A DNA stretch of 49,610 nucleotides from Saprospiraceae bacterium (GCA_030645295.1 JAUSMG010000233.1:1-49610); one strand, 5' to 3'; counted from the first letter of the stretch, positions 8,451-18,397 are shown. Made by a program: numbers and translations. Notes: generated by a model not told the origin, from the letters alone.

Positions 8451-8736
8451 CTTGCCAGGCCATCACACCGCCCTTCAGGTTGAGCACATTTTTAAAGCCA
8501 TTGGCGAGTAAGAGCCCTTGAGCCATGGCCGAGCGGGAACCGGATCGGCAGTGCACTATAATTTCATCGCCTTTATGGTCTTCTAATTCATCCATCGAAT
8601 TTACGAGCGTATTGAGTGGAATGAGTTGCGCGCCGAGGTTGAATTCTTCGAATTCCCAGGGTTCGCGCACATCGATGAAAACGAATTTTTCGCCCGCTTG
8701 GAGCTTTTTGCGGAGGTCTTGAACTGTAATTTCCAT
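8425..8736 (-). CDS. Rhodanese-like sulfurtransferase domain protein
   Basis: 103 aa single rhodanese domain with the active-site loop HCRSGSRS. Confidence 0.85.
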   Translation of the reverse strand: MEITVQDLRKKLQAGEKFVFIDVREPWEFEEFNLGAQLIPLNTLVNSMDELEDHKGDEIIVHCRSGSRSAMAQGLLLANGFKNVLNLKGGVMAWQDAYGNAKP

Positions 8737-8914
8737 GTGCGAAGGTTTTGAAAAAAATTGGATTCTATTTAGGTCAGCTACTAATTACACAAATTTTCAT
8801 GAATTAGATACCGTTTTGGACTGATTTAGCGCAAATACTTGCGAAAAACAGTCGCCAATCAATAGTTGCCAAATCTACAAAATCTTGATTCAGAACATTT
8901 CCCCCTACCCTTCC

Positions 8915-8922
8915 TACTTTTG
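8915..8922 (+). promoter_or_regulatory. Candidate -7 box TACTTTTG upstream of rlmD
   Basis: Exact TAnnTTTG match 20 nt upstream of the ATG at 8942. No clean -33 TTTG at canonical spacing. Confidence 0.35.
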
Positions 8923-8941
8923 CGGCTCATTTAAAAAAAAC

Positions 8942-10363
8942 ATGGCAAGAAAGCAATATACCCTCCCCAATATATTCATCCACGGAATCGCGGATCGGGG
9001 CAAAGGGGTAGGACGAACCGATGAAGGCATGGCCGTTTTTGTAGATGGAGCTGTACCCGGCGACGTGGTAGATGTATTCGTGCAAAAAAAGAAAGGAGGT
9101 TTTGCAGAAGGCAGGGTGGAGACGATTGTAACGCCCTCGCCTGACCGCATAGAGGCCTTTTGCCAGCACTTTGCGATCTGCGGAGGCTGTAAATGGCAAA
9201 ATCTGGATTACCCGGCACAACTGCGGCACAAGCAGCAGGTGGTGGATGACGCGCTGAGACGAATTGGCAAAATTGAAATTGGCGAATTTCTGCCCATTCT
9301 TGGCGCACCGGAGACGGTCTTTTATCGGAATAAATTGGAGTTTGGATTTTCCAACAAACGATGGGTTTTAGAGGGGGAGTTCTCCAAAGAGGCCGAATAT
9401 CCACCAGCATCACTTTATGGTCTGGGCTTCCACAAGGCAGGTTTTTTTGATAAGATCATTGATATCCAGAAATGTTGGCTGCAAGCCGAGCCATCTAATT
9501 TATTGCGCAATACCTGCCGGCAAATCGGGATTGACCAAGAGCTGGAGTTCTATGACCCGCGTCACCACAAGGGTTTTTTGCGCAATCTGATGCTGCGACT
9601 CACCACCACGGGAGAGTTGATGTTGCTCGTTAGTTTTGCACAGAACCGCCCCGATGCCATTGCCCGATATTTGGATGCAGTTCTGGAAAAATTCCCCGAC
9701 CTTACGACGCTGGTGTATTGCATCAATACGAAGTTGAACGACTCCATGTTCGACCTTGAAATGCAGACCTATCGCGGCAAAGGTTTTGTGGTGGAACAAT
9801 TGGGCGACCTGAAATTCAAGATCGGGCCCAAGTCGTTTTTCCAAACCAATTCCTTGCAAGGCAAGCAGTTGTACGATGTGGCCGCCGAGTTCGCCGGGCT
9901 GACCGGGAATGAAAATGTGTATGATTTGTACACCGGTACAGGGAGCATTGCACTTTACCTTGCGCGGTATTGTAAATCGGTGGTGGGCATTGAAGAAATA
10001 CCGGAAGCCATCGCGGATGCGGAGGAAAATATGCGGCTGAACGGCATAGAAAACACCACCTTCTATGCCGGCGATGTGAAATCCATATTATCCCCTGAGT
10101 TTGTGGAAAAACATGGTCGGCCGGATGTCCTGATCACCGATCCGCCACGTGCCGGGATGCACCCAAAGGCTGTAGCGTTTTTACTTGAATTGGCGGCTCC
10201 GCGTATTGTATATGTCAGTTGCAACCCTGCCACTCAGGCGCGTGATCTTCAATTGTTGTCTGAGAAATATGCAGTCTTGAAAGTTCGGCCTGTGGACATG
10301 TTTCCCCATACCCATCATATTGAGAATGTTGCGTTGTTGGAGTTGAAGGATGTTGGACTTTAG
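8942..10363 (+). CDS. rlmD: 23S rRNA (uracil-C5)-methyltransferase, RlmD/RumA family
   Basis: TRAM domain (GKGVGRTDEGMAVFVDGAVPGDVV), Fe-S cysteines CQHFAICGGCKWQ, SAM motif DLYTGTGSIAL, and DPPRAG. I chose the ATG at 8942. The last codons (KDVGL*) lie in the 10350-10553 palindrome. Confidence 0.88.
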   Translation: MARKQYTLPNIFIHGIADRGKGVGRTDEGMAVFVDGAVPGDVVDVFVQKKKGGFAEGRVETIVTPSPDRIEAFCQHFAICGGCKWQNLDYPAQLRHKQQVVDDALRRIGKIEIGEFLPILGAPETVFYRNKLEFGFSNKRWVLEGEFSKEAEYPPASLYGLGFHKAGFFDKIIDIQKCWLQAEPSNLLRNTCRQIGIDQELEFYDPRHHKGFLRNLMLRLTTTGELMLLVSFAQNRPDAIARYLDAVLEKFPDLTTLVYCINTKLNDSMFDLEMQTYRGKGFVVEQLGDLKFKIGPKSFFQTNSLQGKQLYDVAAEFAGLTGNENVYDLYTGTGSIALYLARYCKSVVGIEEIPEAIADAEENMRLNGIENTTFYAGDVKSILSPEFVEKHGRPDVLITDPPRAGMHPKAVAFLLELAAPRIVYVSCNPATQARDLQLLSEKYAVLKVRPVDMFPHTHHIENVALLELKDVGL

Positions 10364-10553
10364 ACTTTGGACGTTGGACTTTGGACTTTGGACTTTTGAC
10401 TTTAGACGTTGGACAAAAGGACGTTGGATTTGATTGGTTGAAAATTGTGCCCAACATCTTTATCCAACAAATCAAATCCAACGTCCAACGTCTAAAGTCC
10501 TTTTGTCTAAAGTCCTATTGTCCAATGTCTAAAGTCCTTTTGTCCAAAGTCCA
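10350..10553. repeat. Word palindrome of about 200 nt built from GGACTTT/GTTGGAC words
   Basis: The left arm (10350-10437) is GATGTTGGACTTTAGACTTTGGACGTTGGACTTTGGACTTTGGAC... The right arm (10464-10553) is ...ATCCAACGTCCAACGTCTAAAGTCCTTTTGTCTAAAGTCC...GTCCAAAGTCCA. Confidence 0.85.
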
Positions 10554-10567
10554 TAAATCAAAATAAA

Positions 10568-11119
10568 ATGTTCAGCCTACTCAGCAAATTCATCTTCTGG
10601 CTTATTGGCTGGAAAATCACCGGGCACTACCCGCGCGAACTGACGCACGTGGTCATTGCTGTGGCGCCGCACACTTCCACCTGGGATTTTCCTATCGGTA
10701 TATTGACCAATAGTGCCGGGAAGTTCCACGCGAACTACATGGGCAAGCATACGCTTTTCAAGCCGCCGTTTGGGTTCATTTTTCGTTGGTTGGGCGGCAT
10801 CCCGGTAGACCGCTCCAAAAACCACAACCTCGTGGCTGCCACGGTGGAAGCATTCAAGCGCGAGCCACGGATACACCTGGTTATTGCGCCCGAAGGAACC
10901 CGCAAAAAAGTAGACAAATTGAAAACAGGGTTTTACCACATTGCCCGGATGGCGGGTGTTCCGATCTGTTTGTGCAAATTTGATTATGCTAAACGCGAGG
11001 TGTTTTTTGACCCTGTACTTTTTTACCCGACTGATAATGAGGCCGCTGATATGGCCCACATCTGGGAATATTTTAAGGGCGTGAAGGGCGGGAATCCAGA
11101 AATGGGCGTGGGTAGTTAG
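10568..11119 (+). CDS. 1-acyl-sn-glycerol-3-phosphate acyltransferase-like (PlsC family)
   Basis: 183 aa with an N-terminal TM segment. HX4D motif (PHTSTWD) and APEGTRKK motif are present. Confidence 0.75.
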   Translation: MFSLLSKFIFWLIGWKITGHYPRELTHVVIAVAPHTSTWDFPIGILTNSAGKFHANYMGKHTLFKPPFGFIFRWLGGIPVDRSKNHNLVAATVEAFKREPRIHLVIAPEGTRKKVDKLKTGFYHIARMAGVPICLCKFDYAKREVFFDPVLFYPTDNEAADMAHIWEYFKGVKGGNPEMGVGS

Positions 11120-11202
11120 GCAGCGGCCCACCCAAGCCTCCGTATCTTAGACCCATATTTCCCCTCCGTTTTTACGCTCCATTCTTTCAAACGCCTGTTT
11201 TT

Positions 11203-14200
11203 ATGAAAAGCCGATTTTTACCCGCTTTACCCGCCGTAGCTTTCCTGTCCGTCAAGCCTTGGCAGGCGGGAGTGAAGGCGGGCATCCTCCTCCTTTCCAT
11301 TTTTCTTACCTCGAATCTCTCTGCACAACAGGACAGTATCAAGATCTTTGGCCTTGTACAACCTACTTGTGCTTGTTTTGGTAGTATTGATATTGGTGTA
11401 ACCGGCGGGCCCATGCAACCCCCTTCCACGAGTTATGCTTATTTTTGGTCCAACGGTTCCACCACCCAGGACCTGTTCAACCTTTGTCCCGGTCAATATT
11501 GCGTCACAGTCAGCAATGGGAATACCAATATTGCACCTGGTATTATGTGCTTTACAGTACAGCAAATTCCTTATACCCCGCTTGAAATTATTTCCAGTAA
11601 CACAGCCCCTTGTAATTTCGACTCCTCGGGTGTCAATGATTGCGAAAAAGTGTGCCCCGGCATTACGGTTACCTATTCTGTGTCGGTGCCAAACCCAAAT
11701 GGTACCAGTTCGCCCATTGGATGGCAGGTATCAGGTGCCGTTTATTGGGTCGTAAATACCAATAACTCCCCTTTCTTCTCCAGCATCACGGTTACCTGGG
11801 GAGGCCCCGGTACAGGGAGTGTCACCGTATTTACGGATGGTGCAGGGGGACTGAACTGTTCGGGGGAAGACGCCTTATGTGTTACAGTCATTGAAGAACC
11901 GGAAGCCCTATTTTCAAGTAGCCCTGCTGCTGTGATTGCAGGTGGCCCGCTCCAGGTTTGTTTGGGACAAATAGTCAATTTTCAAAACCTCAGCACTGGG
12001 GGTGCGGATTCCTACGAATGGCTATTTAGCGATGACCTCAGTACAAGTTCAAGTGAAAATCCGCAACATACTTACCTCATTCCGGGGATGCACACCGTTC
12101 GGCTCATAGCCCGGAGTGAGTGTCTTTGCTCCGATACTACCTTAATGACGGTGGAAGTGCTCAATGCCCAGGCCCCTACACTCGACTGTGTATCAACCAT
12201 TTGTCCCGGTGAAACGGTCACCTATACCGCTTCGAATGGTTGTGCGCCTTTCTCCTGGACAGTAAGCGGAGCGGGCACGGTGCTCAATGGGGGCACGCCA
12301 ATGTCCGACACCATCTCCGTGCAGTGGAACGGCGGCCCAATCGGCACCATAACACTGGGCGCACAACCCTGCTCCGGCGCAGCATGCCCCTTGGCCGGAG
12401 TGATCGAAATCCCGATCATAACCAGCAATGCCCAGATCGTGGGCGAGGAACGTGTATGCCCGGGCGCCACCGAGGTTTACACCATTGAACCTTTTGGTGG
12501 AACCGGATTTGTATGGACCCTGCCCACAGGCGGGATCATCGTGGATGGGCAAGGCACCAACCGCGTCACGGTGCAATGGAACACGTTCCCCAATCCAGCC
12601 CCTGCTGCTGATCACTCGCTGTACGTTCAATACACCAATTGTTATCTCGGCTGCGGGGGCGCAGATCTCATTCATATACGCATCCTTCCGTCTTTTTCGA
12701 TCAGCGGCCCCATAGAGATTTGTGAAAATGAAAGCGGCCCATACACCGCCACCTTCAATCCCAGCAACTCCCCTATTCTCTGCGATTGGATCCTCACAGC
12801 CCCAGATGGAAGCGCGTCCTGGACTTCGATAGCGGCCAGTGTGGTCGCCATCCCATTTTTGAGCAGCCCTGGCGTTTATCGGCTTTCAGCGACCCCTGCC
12901 GATCCGAATCAGACTTGCTCCAATGAAGCCGATTGGGCCGTCAGCGTTCGTGCGCTTCCGGCCGATCCGACCAGTATTTTGGGCGAAACCAATATTTGTC
13001 CCGGAACGGCTTATACTTACGAAGCCACGGGTTTGCCTGCCGGATCCAACATTCGGTGGACGGTAAAAAACGGGGCCGGAGCAACGCAGACCCTGGCCGG
13101 AAACCCGCTCAATGTGACTTGGGGAAATACGGGCCCTTATTGGCTCAGCGCTGCTCAGGTCAGCAAAGATGGTCTTGGCTGCCTCTCTGATACCGTGGGC
13201 CTGGTGGCAACCCCCATAGTGGCCCCTACCCTTTCAGGAACGTCCATTGTTTGTGAAGATACGAAGGGTAGTTACGCCATGCTTAACCTTCAAAATGTTG
13301 ACATTCAATGGAATATAAGTCCCTCTACTGCAGGCGCAATTGCCAATGGACAAGGGACGAACAATGTGGATATATTCTGGAGTCAGGCGGGTGGCCACGT
13401 TATCAGCGTGTCGGTATGCGGTCAAAGTGCCCAATTCCCAGTAACCGTTATAACCAATCCTGATCCCGTACCACTGCTCCCGGCGCCTGGCGTTTGTCCA
13501 GGCGCAACGACCATGGTGCAAACGGTTTCAACCTACGCAAGTTATGCCTGGAAAGATGAATCCGGCATAATCCTGAGCACTTCCGCTGCGATTGTCCTGG
13601 GAGCAGGCGTTTACTCCATCGAGGTCATTGATGCCAATGGCTGTACAGGAGCATCGGAGTTTGAGATCGCCAGTTTGGATGCACCCAATGTGTCGCTCAC
13701 CACGGCCGATGCAACCGGTTTTTGCAACAACGCCTCCACCGTATCACTCACGGCCCTGACCAATACCAACGGGAACTATAGCTATCAATGGTTCAAAGAT
13801 GGCCTCCCTTTCCCGGGGACAAATTCCACCATTTTTACCAATCAATACGGAACCTATACCGTACAAGCCACCAATAGCTACGGCTGTACGGCCACTTCGG
13901 GTTCTATTTTGCTGTTTAATTATTGTGGCGGCGGCGGCGGTGGAAGTGGTTTTCCCGGCGGCGGCGGCAATTTTTGTGCAGCGGGCAGTGTACAACTCGT
14001 GCCAGATCCTACTCCACGCTGCGATTCTTTCCATCTTGTTTTAAATGACCTCACCGGTCTTTATATACCTGGCAGCGCGCAATGGACGACCGGCATTTCC
14101 GGGGGCGCTGTACTTGGTACGGCAATAGGCGACGATGCGACCTTCGTATACTCCAACGCGGGCAAATACCTGGTGCTGGTGCGGGTGGCATTGTCTGACG

Positions 14201-17200
14201 GAACCTTTTGTATTGCCCTCGATTCTGTATTTGTGGATGCCGTTGCGCGATTTGATGAACGCGTCGATTGTCCTGGCGCGATGACCAATTTTGAAAATCA
14301 AAGTGAAATCCTGCCCAATGTCAACATTACCAATTACACCTGGAATTTTGACGACCCGGCCTCTGGGTTGAACAATACTTCCAGCCTGGAAAATCCCGCA
14401 CATGCGTTTTCCCCTGCCGGGATCTATGATGTAACCCTGACCATAACTGCTGCAAGCGGTTGCACCGCAAGCATTTCAAAACAAGTAGAAATTCCGGATT
14501 CCGATCCGCCTGTTTTTGCCGATCCGGCGGCCATTTGTGCCGGTAACGCCCTTGAATTTGCAGCAGCGCCTAACCCCGATATCATTGAACTTAGCTGGGA
14601 TTTTGGTGACCCCGCCTCTGGTCCCGCCAACGATGCAATGGGGAATACGGTATACCACGATTTCCCGGCAGGTACTTATATGGTGACCGCTACTTCTAAT
14701 AACGTATTTGGCTGCACGGCCACTTTTACCCGCAGTATTACGGTACAAGCCAGCACCCTGAGCGGAAACATCAATCCCGCCAGCCCCGGACCGATCTGTG
14801 AAGGCAGCAATATCACACTCACTGCCCCAGCGGGTGCGGTTTCCTACCTGTGGTCGGACGGCAGCAACACAACTTCCCAAACCTTGAGCGTCGGCCAAGA
14901 GGGTTCTTATAAAGTTACCCTCACCGACGCGAATGGCTGTACCTACTCGCCACCGGCGGTGAATGTGGAAATAAACCCTTCGCCTGACGCATTGATAAAA
15001 GCTTTGTTGTTCAATGACTTAGGTCAAGTAATTGGAAACTCCTACCCAACCGTAACCGTCTGTGCAGGAGAAGATGTGGCATTGCAGGCAATCAGCAATG
15101 GTGGCGCTAGTTTCAGCTGGTCAGGCGGCAATGGCAATGATCAGGTTGTGTTTTTTACCGATGACCGCAATACACTTTTGTCCGTTGGCACCCACTTGTA
15201 TTCCGTGACGGTGACCAGCCAGAGCACAGGCTGCACGGCTGTATCTGATCCATTCCTGATGACGGTAAACCCGGTACCCAGTGGTTTTTTCATCAGCAGT
15301 CCTACATATTGCGCAGGCGATGCGAACGTGATTACCTACAATGGCCCTACCCCTGCCAACTGGCAATTTTTCTGGAACAACGGGGCCCCAGGCACCACAC
15401 TGACGACTGAGGATCCCGGCGCTTATTATATCCGGGTCATCAATGAATTTGGCTGCGAAACCAAAAGTAACGTACAAACCATACTTCCTGGGCCGCAAGT
15501 GAGCAGCATTCCGGCGGGTTGCCATACCCGCTGCAGCCCTGATACACTTTGTATCCCGAATTTGCCCAATATCACTTCCTGGCAATGGTTTCTAGATGGT
15601 AACCCGATTCCAGGTGCTACTTCGCCAAATTTCATTGCGCAGCAAAGCGGCACATATTGGGCAGAATTGACCGATATTTTTGGATGCAGTAATGAAAGTG
15701 ATCCCCTGTCGCTCAATCTTTTCACGGGTTATGGGAATATCTTAGGTCAGGTATGGTCAGATGTAAACAACAACGGGATGATCGATGCGGCAGATACCCT
15801 GCTTTCCGGCGTGACCGTGGTGGTGTATCAAAACGGCTCGCTTTTTAGTTCGGCGACCTCCGGTCTTGCCGGCGATTTTGCACTTACGAATGTGCTTTCC
15901 ACTGACTATACGTTTGCGGTAGATCCATTTTCGCTGCCCTTTGGCTGGTCCATCGTGATTGGAAATGACCAAACCACACTTTCCGGCTGCGACGTAACAG
16001 GCGATGCAGATTTTCTGTTACACTTTGGTTGTCAGGCATTTGGAACGCTACAACTTGCGGCTTGTCCGGGCGGTTTCGCGACCTACAATGGCACGAACAT
16101 CTCGGTAGGCGGTTCACAAACATTCCAGCTGACGTCCGCTCAAGGATGTGACTCAACGCTGGTTGTCAGTGTAATGGCCTTGCAAACCTCTTCCAGTGCG
16201 GTCAATTTGAGCGCTTGCCCGGGTAGTTCGGCCAATTACAACGGGACGAATATCCCTGTTGGCACGACCCAGGTTTTCACCCTGACCAATTCGGCGGGCT
16301 GTGATTCACTCATGACGGTAACCGTGACCGCTTTACCCATCCCCAGCAGTTCGCTCAATTTGAGCACCTGTCCGGGCAACACGGTGAATTATAACGGTAC
16401 GAACCTGGCCGTCGGGGAGGTTCAGAATTTCACGTTCCAAAATTCAATGGGTTGCGATTCGATCGTGACCGTGACGGTGTTAGAAGCGTCGCACTTTGTG
16501 CTTTTCGTGGATGCTGCCGTTTGCCAGGGCTCGTTCCTTGATTATCAGGGCCTACAGATTCCGGCAGGCACCGAATTTATCTTCACGCAGGTGAATTCGG
16601 AGGGTTGCATCGATACGACTATTATCACGGCTTTGGCCTTACCTCCCCCTGTCTCGAACCTGAATTTGCAGGCTTGTCCAAATGGGACGGTGGATTACAA
16701 TGGAACTAGTCTACCTGTGGGCGCTGTACAGGATTTTACCCTGACTACTTTGGCTGGGTGTGATTCAATCGTGACGGTGACAGTGACGGCTCTGCCAATT
16801 CAATCCAGCTCGCTCAGCCTGAGCGCTTGCCCCAATGGCTCGGCAATTTATAATGGTACAAGTATCCCGGTGGGCACGAGTCAGGATTTCACTTTGATCA
16901 ATTCATTGGGCTGCGATTCAATTGTAACGGTCACAGTGACCGCTTTGTCAAACTCAAGTACCGCTTTCAGTGTGGGCGTTTGTCCCGGCGAAACCTACCC
17001 TTATCAAGGCACAGCACTCGATGCAGGGGATATTCAGAGTTTTACCCTGACCAATTTTGCCGGTTGCGACTCCATCGTGACGGTTTCGGTCTTCCAGAAA
17101 AACGTGTCGGCCAATGTGATCGATGTCAGCGTTTGTCCCGGCTCGACCTACACTTACGCAGGCGAGGAAATTGCTGCAGGCGACTCAAAAGCGTTTCATT

Positions 17201-18018
17201 TTACAAACTCGGAAAGTTGCGACAGCACTGTGACGGTATTTGTTTCGGCATTTCCGGAAACCGTATTTGCACTAAACACGGAGCCCTCCTGCAGCAATAC
17301 GCCTACCGGGGTTTTAGACATTTCTGGCATTTCCGGTGGACCGGCGCCGTATCAATATTCCTTGAATAATATTGATTATCAGGATAGTACAAAGTTCACG
17401 GGCCTCCCGGCCGGCACGTACACCGTATATGTAGAAGACGACAATGGTTGTGTTTTTGAGGGCAATACCACGCTGGCAGCCATTCCGAAATTGGAGATCC
17501 AATTGCCCAATGGCATACTGCCTTGCGATAGCGCAAGGGTACAACTTGACGCTATTGTAATAAGCGGCGATACCACTTCGCTGCAATACAATTGGTGGAA
17601 CGGTGGGCGAGAAGCCACGAGCATTGCCACAGAAGCCGGGCCGGTGTGGGTGGAAGTAACCGACGCCTGCACAACAGTCCGTCAGGATGCATCGGTGCAA
17701 TGGGCGGAACTGGATCAAGATCTGGATATTGTGTACATTCCCAACGTGTTCAAGCCTTCCTCCAATGGTTTGGAGAACGCCGAGTTTAAGCCATTTTTCG
17801 CGGCGGGGATCAACCTGCTGGGCTTCCATTTTGAGGTATTTGACCGCTGGGGCAACAAACTTTTTGAGACCAGCAGCACGGCCGATGGATGGGGCGGCAT
17901 TTTCCGTACCCAGGATTTTAACCCGGGCGTGCAGGTGTGGCATTTGGAGGCTGATATTTCCATCTGTGGACGGGTATTGCATGTAGAACGCAAAGGCAAT
18001 GTGACGGTGGTTCGTTGA
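11203..18018 (+). CDS. Giant secreted adhesin-like protein: PKD domains, Cys-module array, SprB-type repeat, T9SS type B (gliding-motility) C-terminal domain
   Basis: 2271 aa with a signal/anchor segment ending in SAQQ. PKD-like segments include NFENQSE...YTWNFDDPASG...NPAHAFSPAGIYDVTLT. There are eight 51-aa CPG...GCDS modules. The C-terminus IVYIPNVFKPSSNG...FEVFDRWGNKLFE...GWGG...VTVVR matches the type B sorting domain. Confidence 0.9.
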   Translation: MKSRFLPALPAVAFLSVKPWQAGVKAGILLLSIFLTSNLSAQQDSIKIFGLVQPTCACFGSIDIGVTGGPMQPPSTSYAYFWSNGSTTQDLFNLCPGQYCVTVSNGNTNIAPGIMCFTVQQIPYTPLEIISSNTAPCNFDSSGVNDCEKVCPGITVTYSVSVPNPNGTSSPIGWQVSGAVYWVVNTNNSPFFSSITVTWGGPGTGSVTVFTDGAGGLNCSGEDALCVTVIEEPEALFSSSPAAVIAGGPLQVCLGQIVNFQNLSTGGADSYEWLFSDDLSTSSSENPQHTYLIPGMHTVRLIARSECLCSDTTLMTVEVLNAQAPTLDCVSTICPGETVTYTASNGCAPFSWTVSGAGTVLNGGTPMSDTISVQWNGGPIGTITLGAQPCSGAACPLAGVIEIPIITSNAQIVGEERVCPGATEVYTIEPFGGTGFVWTLPTGGIIVDGQGTNRVTVQWNTFPNPAPAADHSLYVQYTNCYLGCGGADLIHIRILPSFSISGPIEICENESGPYTATFNPSNSPILCDWILTAPDGSASWTSIAASVVAIPFLSSPGVYRLSATPADPNQTCSNEADWAVSVRALPADPTSILGETNICPGTAYTYEATGLPAGSNIRWTVKNGAGATQTLAGNPLNVTWGNTGPYWLSAAQVSKDGLGCLSDTVGLVATPIVAPTLSGTSIVCEDTKGSYAMLNLQNVDIQWNISPSTAGAIANGQGTNNVDIFWSQAGGHVISVSVCGQSAQFPVTVITNPDPVPLLPAPGVCPGATTMVQTVSTYASYAWKDESGIILSTSAAIVLGAGVYSIEVIDANGCTGASEFEIASLDAPNVSLTTADATGFCNNASTVSLTALTNTNGNYSYQWFKDGLPFPGTNSTIFTNQYGTYTVQATNSYGCTATSGSILLFNYCGGGGGGSGFPGGGGNFCAAGSVQLVPDPTPRCDSFHLVLNDLTGLYIPGSAQWTTGISGGAVLGTAIGDDATFVYSNAGKYLVLVRVALSDGTFCIALDSVFVDAVARFDERVDCPGAMTNFENQSEILPNVNITNYTWNFDDPASGLNNTSSLENPAHAFSPAGIYDVTLTITAASGCTASISKQVEIPDSDPPVFADPAAICAGNALEFAAAPNPDIIELSWDFGDPASGPANDAMGNTVYHDFPAGTYMVTATSNNVFGCTATFTRSITVQASTLSGNINPASPGPICEGSNITLTAPAGAVSYLWSDGSNTTSQTLSVGQEGSYKVTLTDANGCTYSPPAVNVEINPSPDALIKALLFNDLGQVIGNSYPTVTVCAGEDVALQAISNGGASFSWSGGNGNDQVVFFTDDRNTLLSVGTHLYSVTVTSQSTGCTAVSDPFLMTVNPVPSGFFISSPTYCAGDANVITYNGPTPANWQFFWNNGAPGTTLTTEDPGAYYIRVINEFGCETKSNVQTILPGPQVSSIPAGCHTRCSPDTLCIPNLPNITSWQWFLDGNPIPGATSPNFIAQQSGTYWAELTDIFGCSNESDPLSLNLFTGYGNILGQVWSDVNNNGMIDAADTLLSGVTVVVYQNGSLFSSATSGLAGDFALTNVLSTDYTFAVDPFSLPFGWSIVIGNDQTTLSGCDVTGDADFLLHFGCQAFGTLQLAACPGGFATYNGTNISVGGSQTFQLTSAQGCDSTLVVSVMALQTSSSAVNLSACPGSSANYNGTNIPVGTTQVFTLTNSAGCDSLMTVTVTALPIPSSSLNLSTCPGNTVNYNGTNLAVGEVQNFTFQNSMGCDSIVTVTVLEASHFVLFVDAAVCQGSFLDYQGLQIPAGTEFIFTQVNSEGCIDTTIITALALPPPVSNLNLQACPNGTVDYNGTSLPVGAVQDFTLTTLAGCDSIVTVTVTALPIQSSSLSLSACPNGSAIYNGTSIPVGTSQDFTLINSLGCDSIVTVTVTALSNSSTAFSVGVCPGETYPYQGTALDAGDIQSFTLTNFAGCDSIVTVSVFQKNVSANVIDVSVCPGSTYTYAGEEIAAGDSKAFHFTNSESCDSTVTVFVSAFPETVFALNTEPSCSNTPTGVLDISGISGGPAPYQYSLNNIDYQDSTKFTGLPAGTYTVYVEDDNGCVFEGNTTLAAIPKLEIQLPNGILPCDSARVQLDAIVISGDTTSLQYNWWNGGREATSIATEAGPVWVEVTDACTTVRQDASVQWAELDQDLDIVYIPNVFKPSSNGLENAEFKPFFAAGINLLGFHFEVFDRWGNKLFETSSTADGWGGIFRTQDFNPGVQVWHLEADISICGRVLHVERKGNVTVVR

Positions 18019-18043
18019 GGCAAAATAGTTCATCGTTCGCTCG

Positions 18044-18082
18044 AAGCCCCTTCCGATCTTAGAATCGGAGGGGGCTTTGTCT
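18044..18082 (+). terminator. Hairpin terminator after the giant adhesin gene
   Basis: AAGCCCCTTCCGAT (loop) ATCGGAGGGGGCTT followed by TGTCTT. The U-tract is weak. Confidence 0.5.
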
Positions 18083-18303
18083 TGAGGTTTCCTCTAAACC
18101 TCATAGATTTTTAAAACCTAATTTATGTACCCGTCTTTTCTTGCCTACAGAGCGAGGTTTTTTTGACAGGATTCACAAGATGTGTTGGCTTCGCCAACTA
18201 AAGCATAGATGTTCGTGACAGATAAACGCCTCAAAAAATAAGAAATAAAGGATCAGAGCAAGTCGATGAAGTCACCGAGCCCCCATTCCACATATCCAGC
18301 TCT

Positions 18304-18397
18304 TGTGTCATTCTGAGCGCAGCGAAGAACCTGGCACCAAAGGCTTTCTTTTTGCGGGCTACGCCCTCGGGTTCTTCGCTGCGCTCAGAATGACACA
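18304..18397. repeat. REP-like inverted repeat (TGTGTCATTCTGAGCGCAGCGAAGAACC arms)
   Basis: A 28-nt arm at 18304-18331 and its exact reverse complement at 18370-18397 (GGTTCTTCGCTGCGCTCAGAATGACACA), with a 38-nt spacer. Confidence 0.85.

Noticed and set aside
10350-10553. Possible CRISPR array (regularly recurring short repeats)
   Set aside because: The units are contiguous degenerate words with no unique spacers of constant length. The second half is the reverse complement of the first, and no cas genes are nearby. It is a palindromic simple-repeat element, not a CRISPR. The same reasoning applies to 3002-3176, 18657-18793 and 45588-45690.
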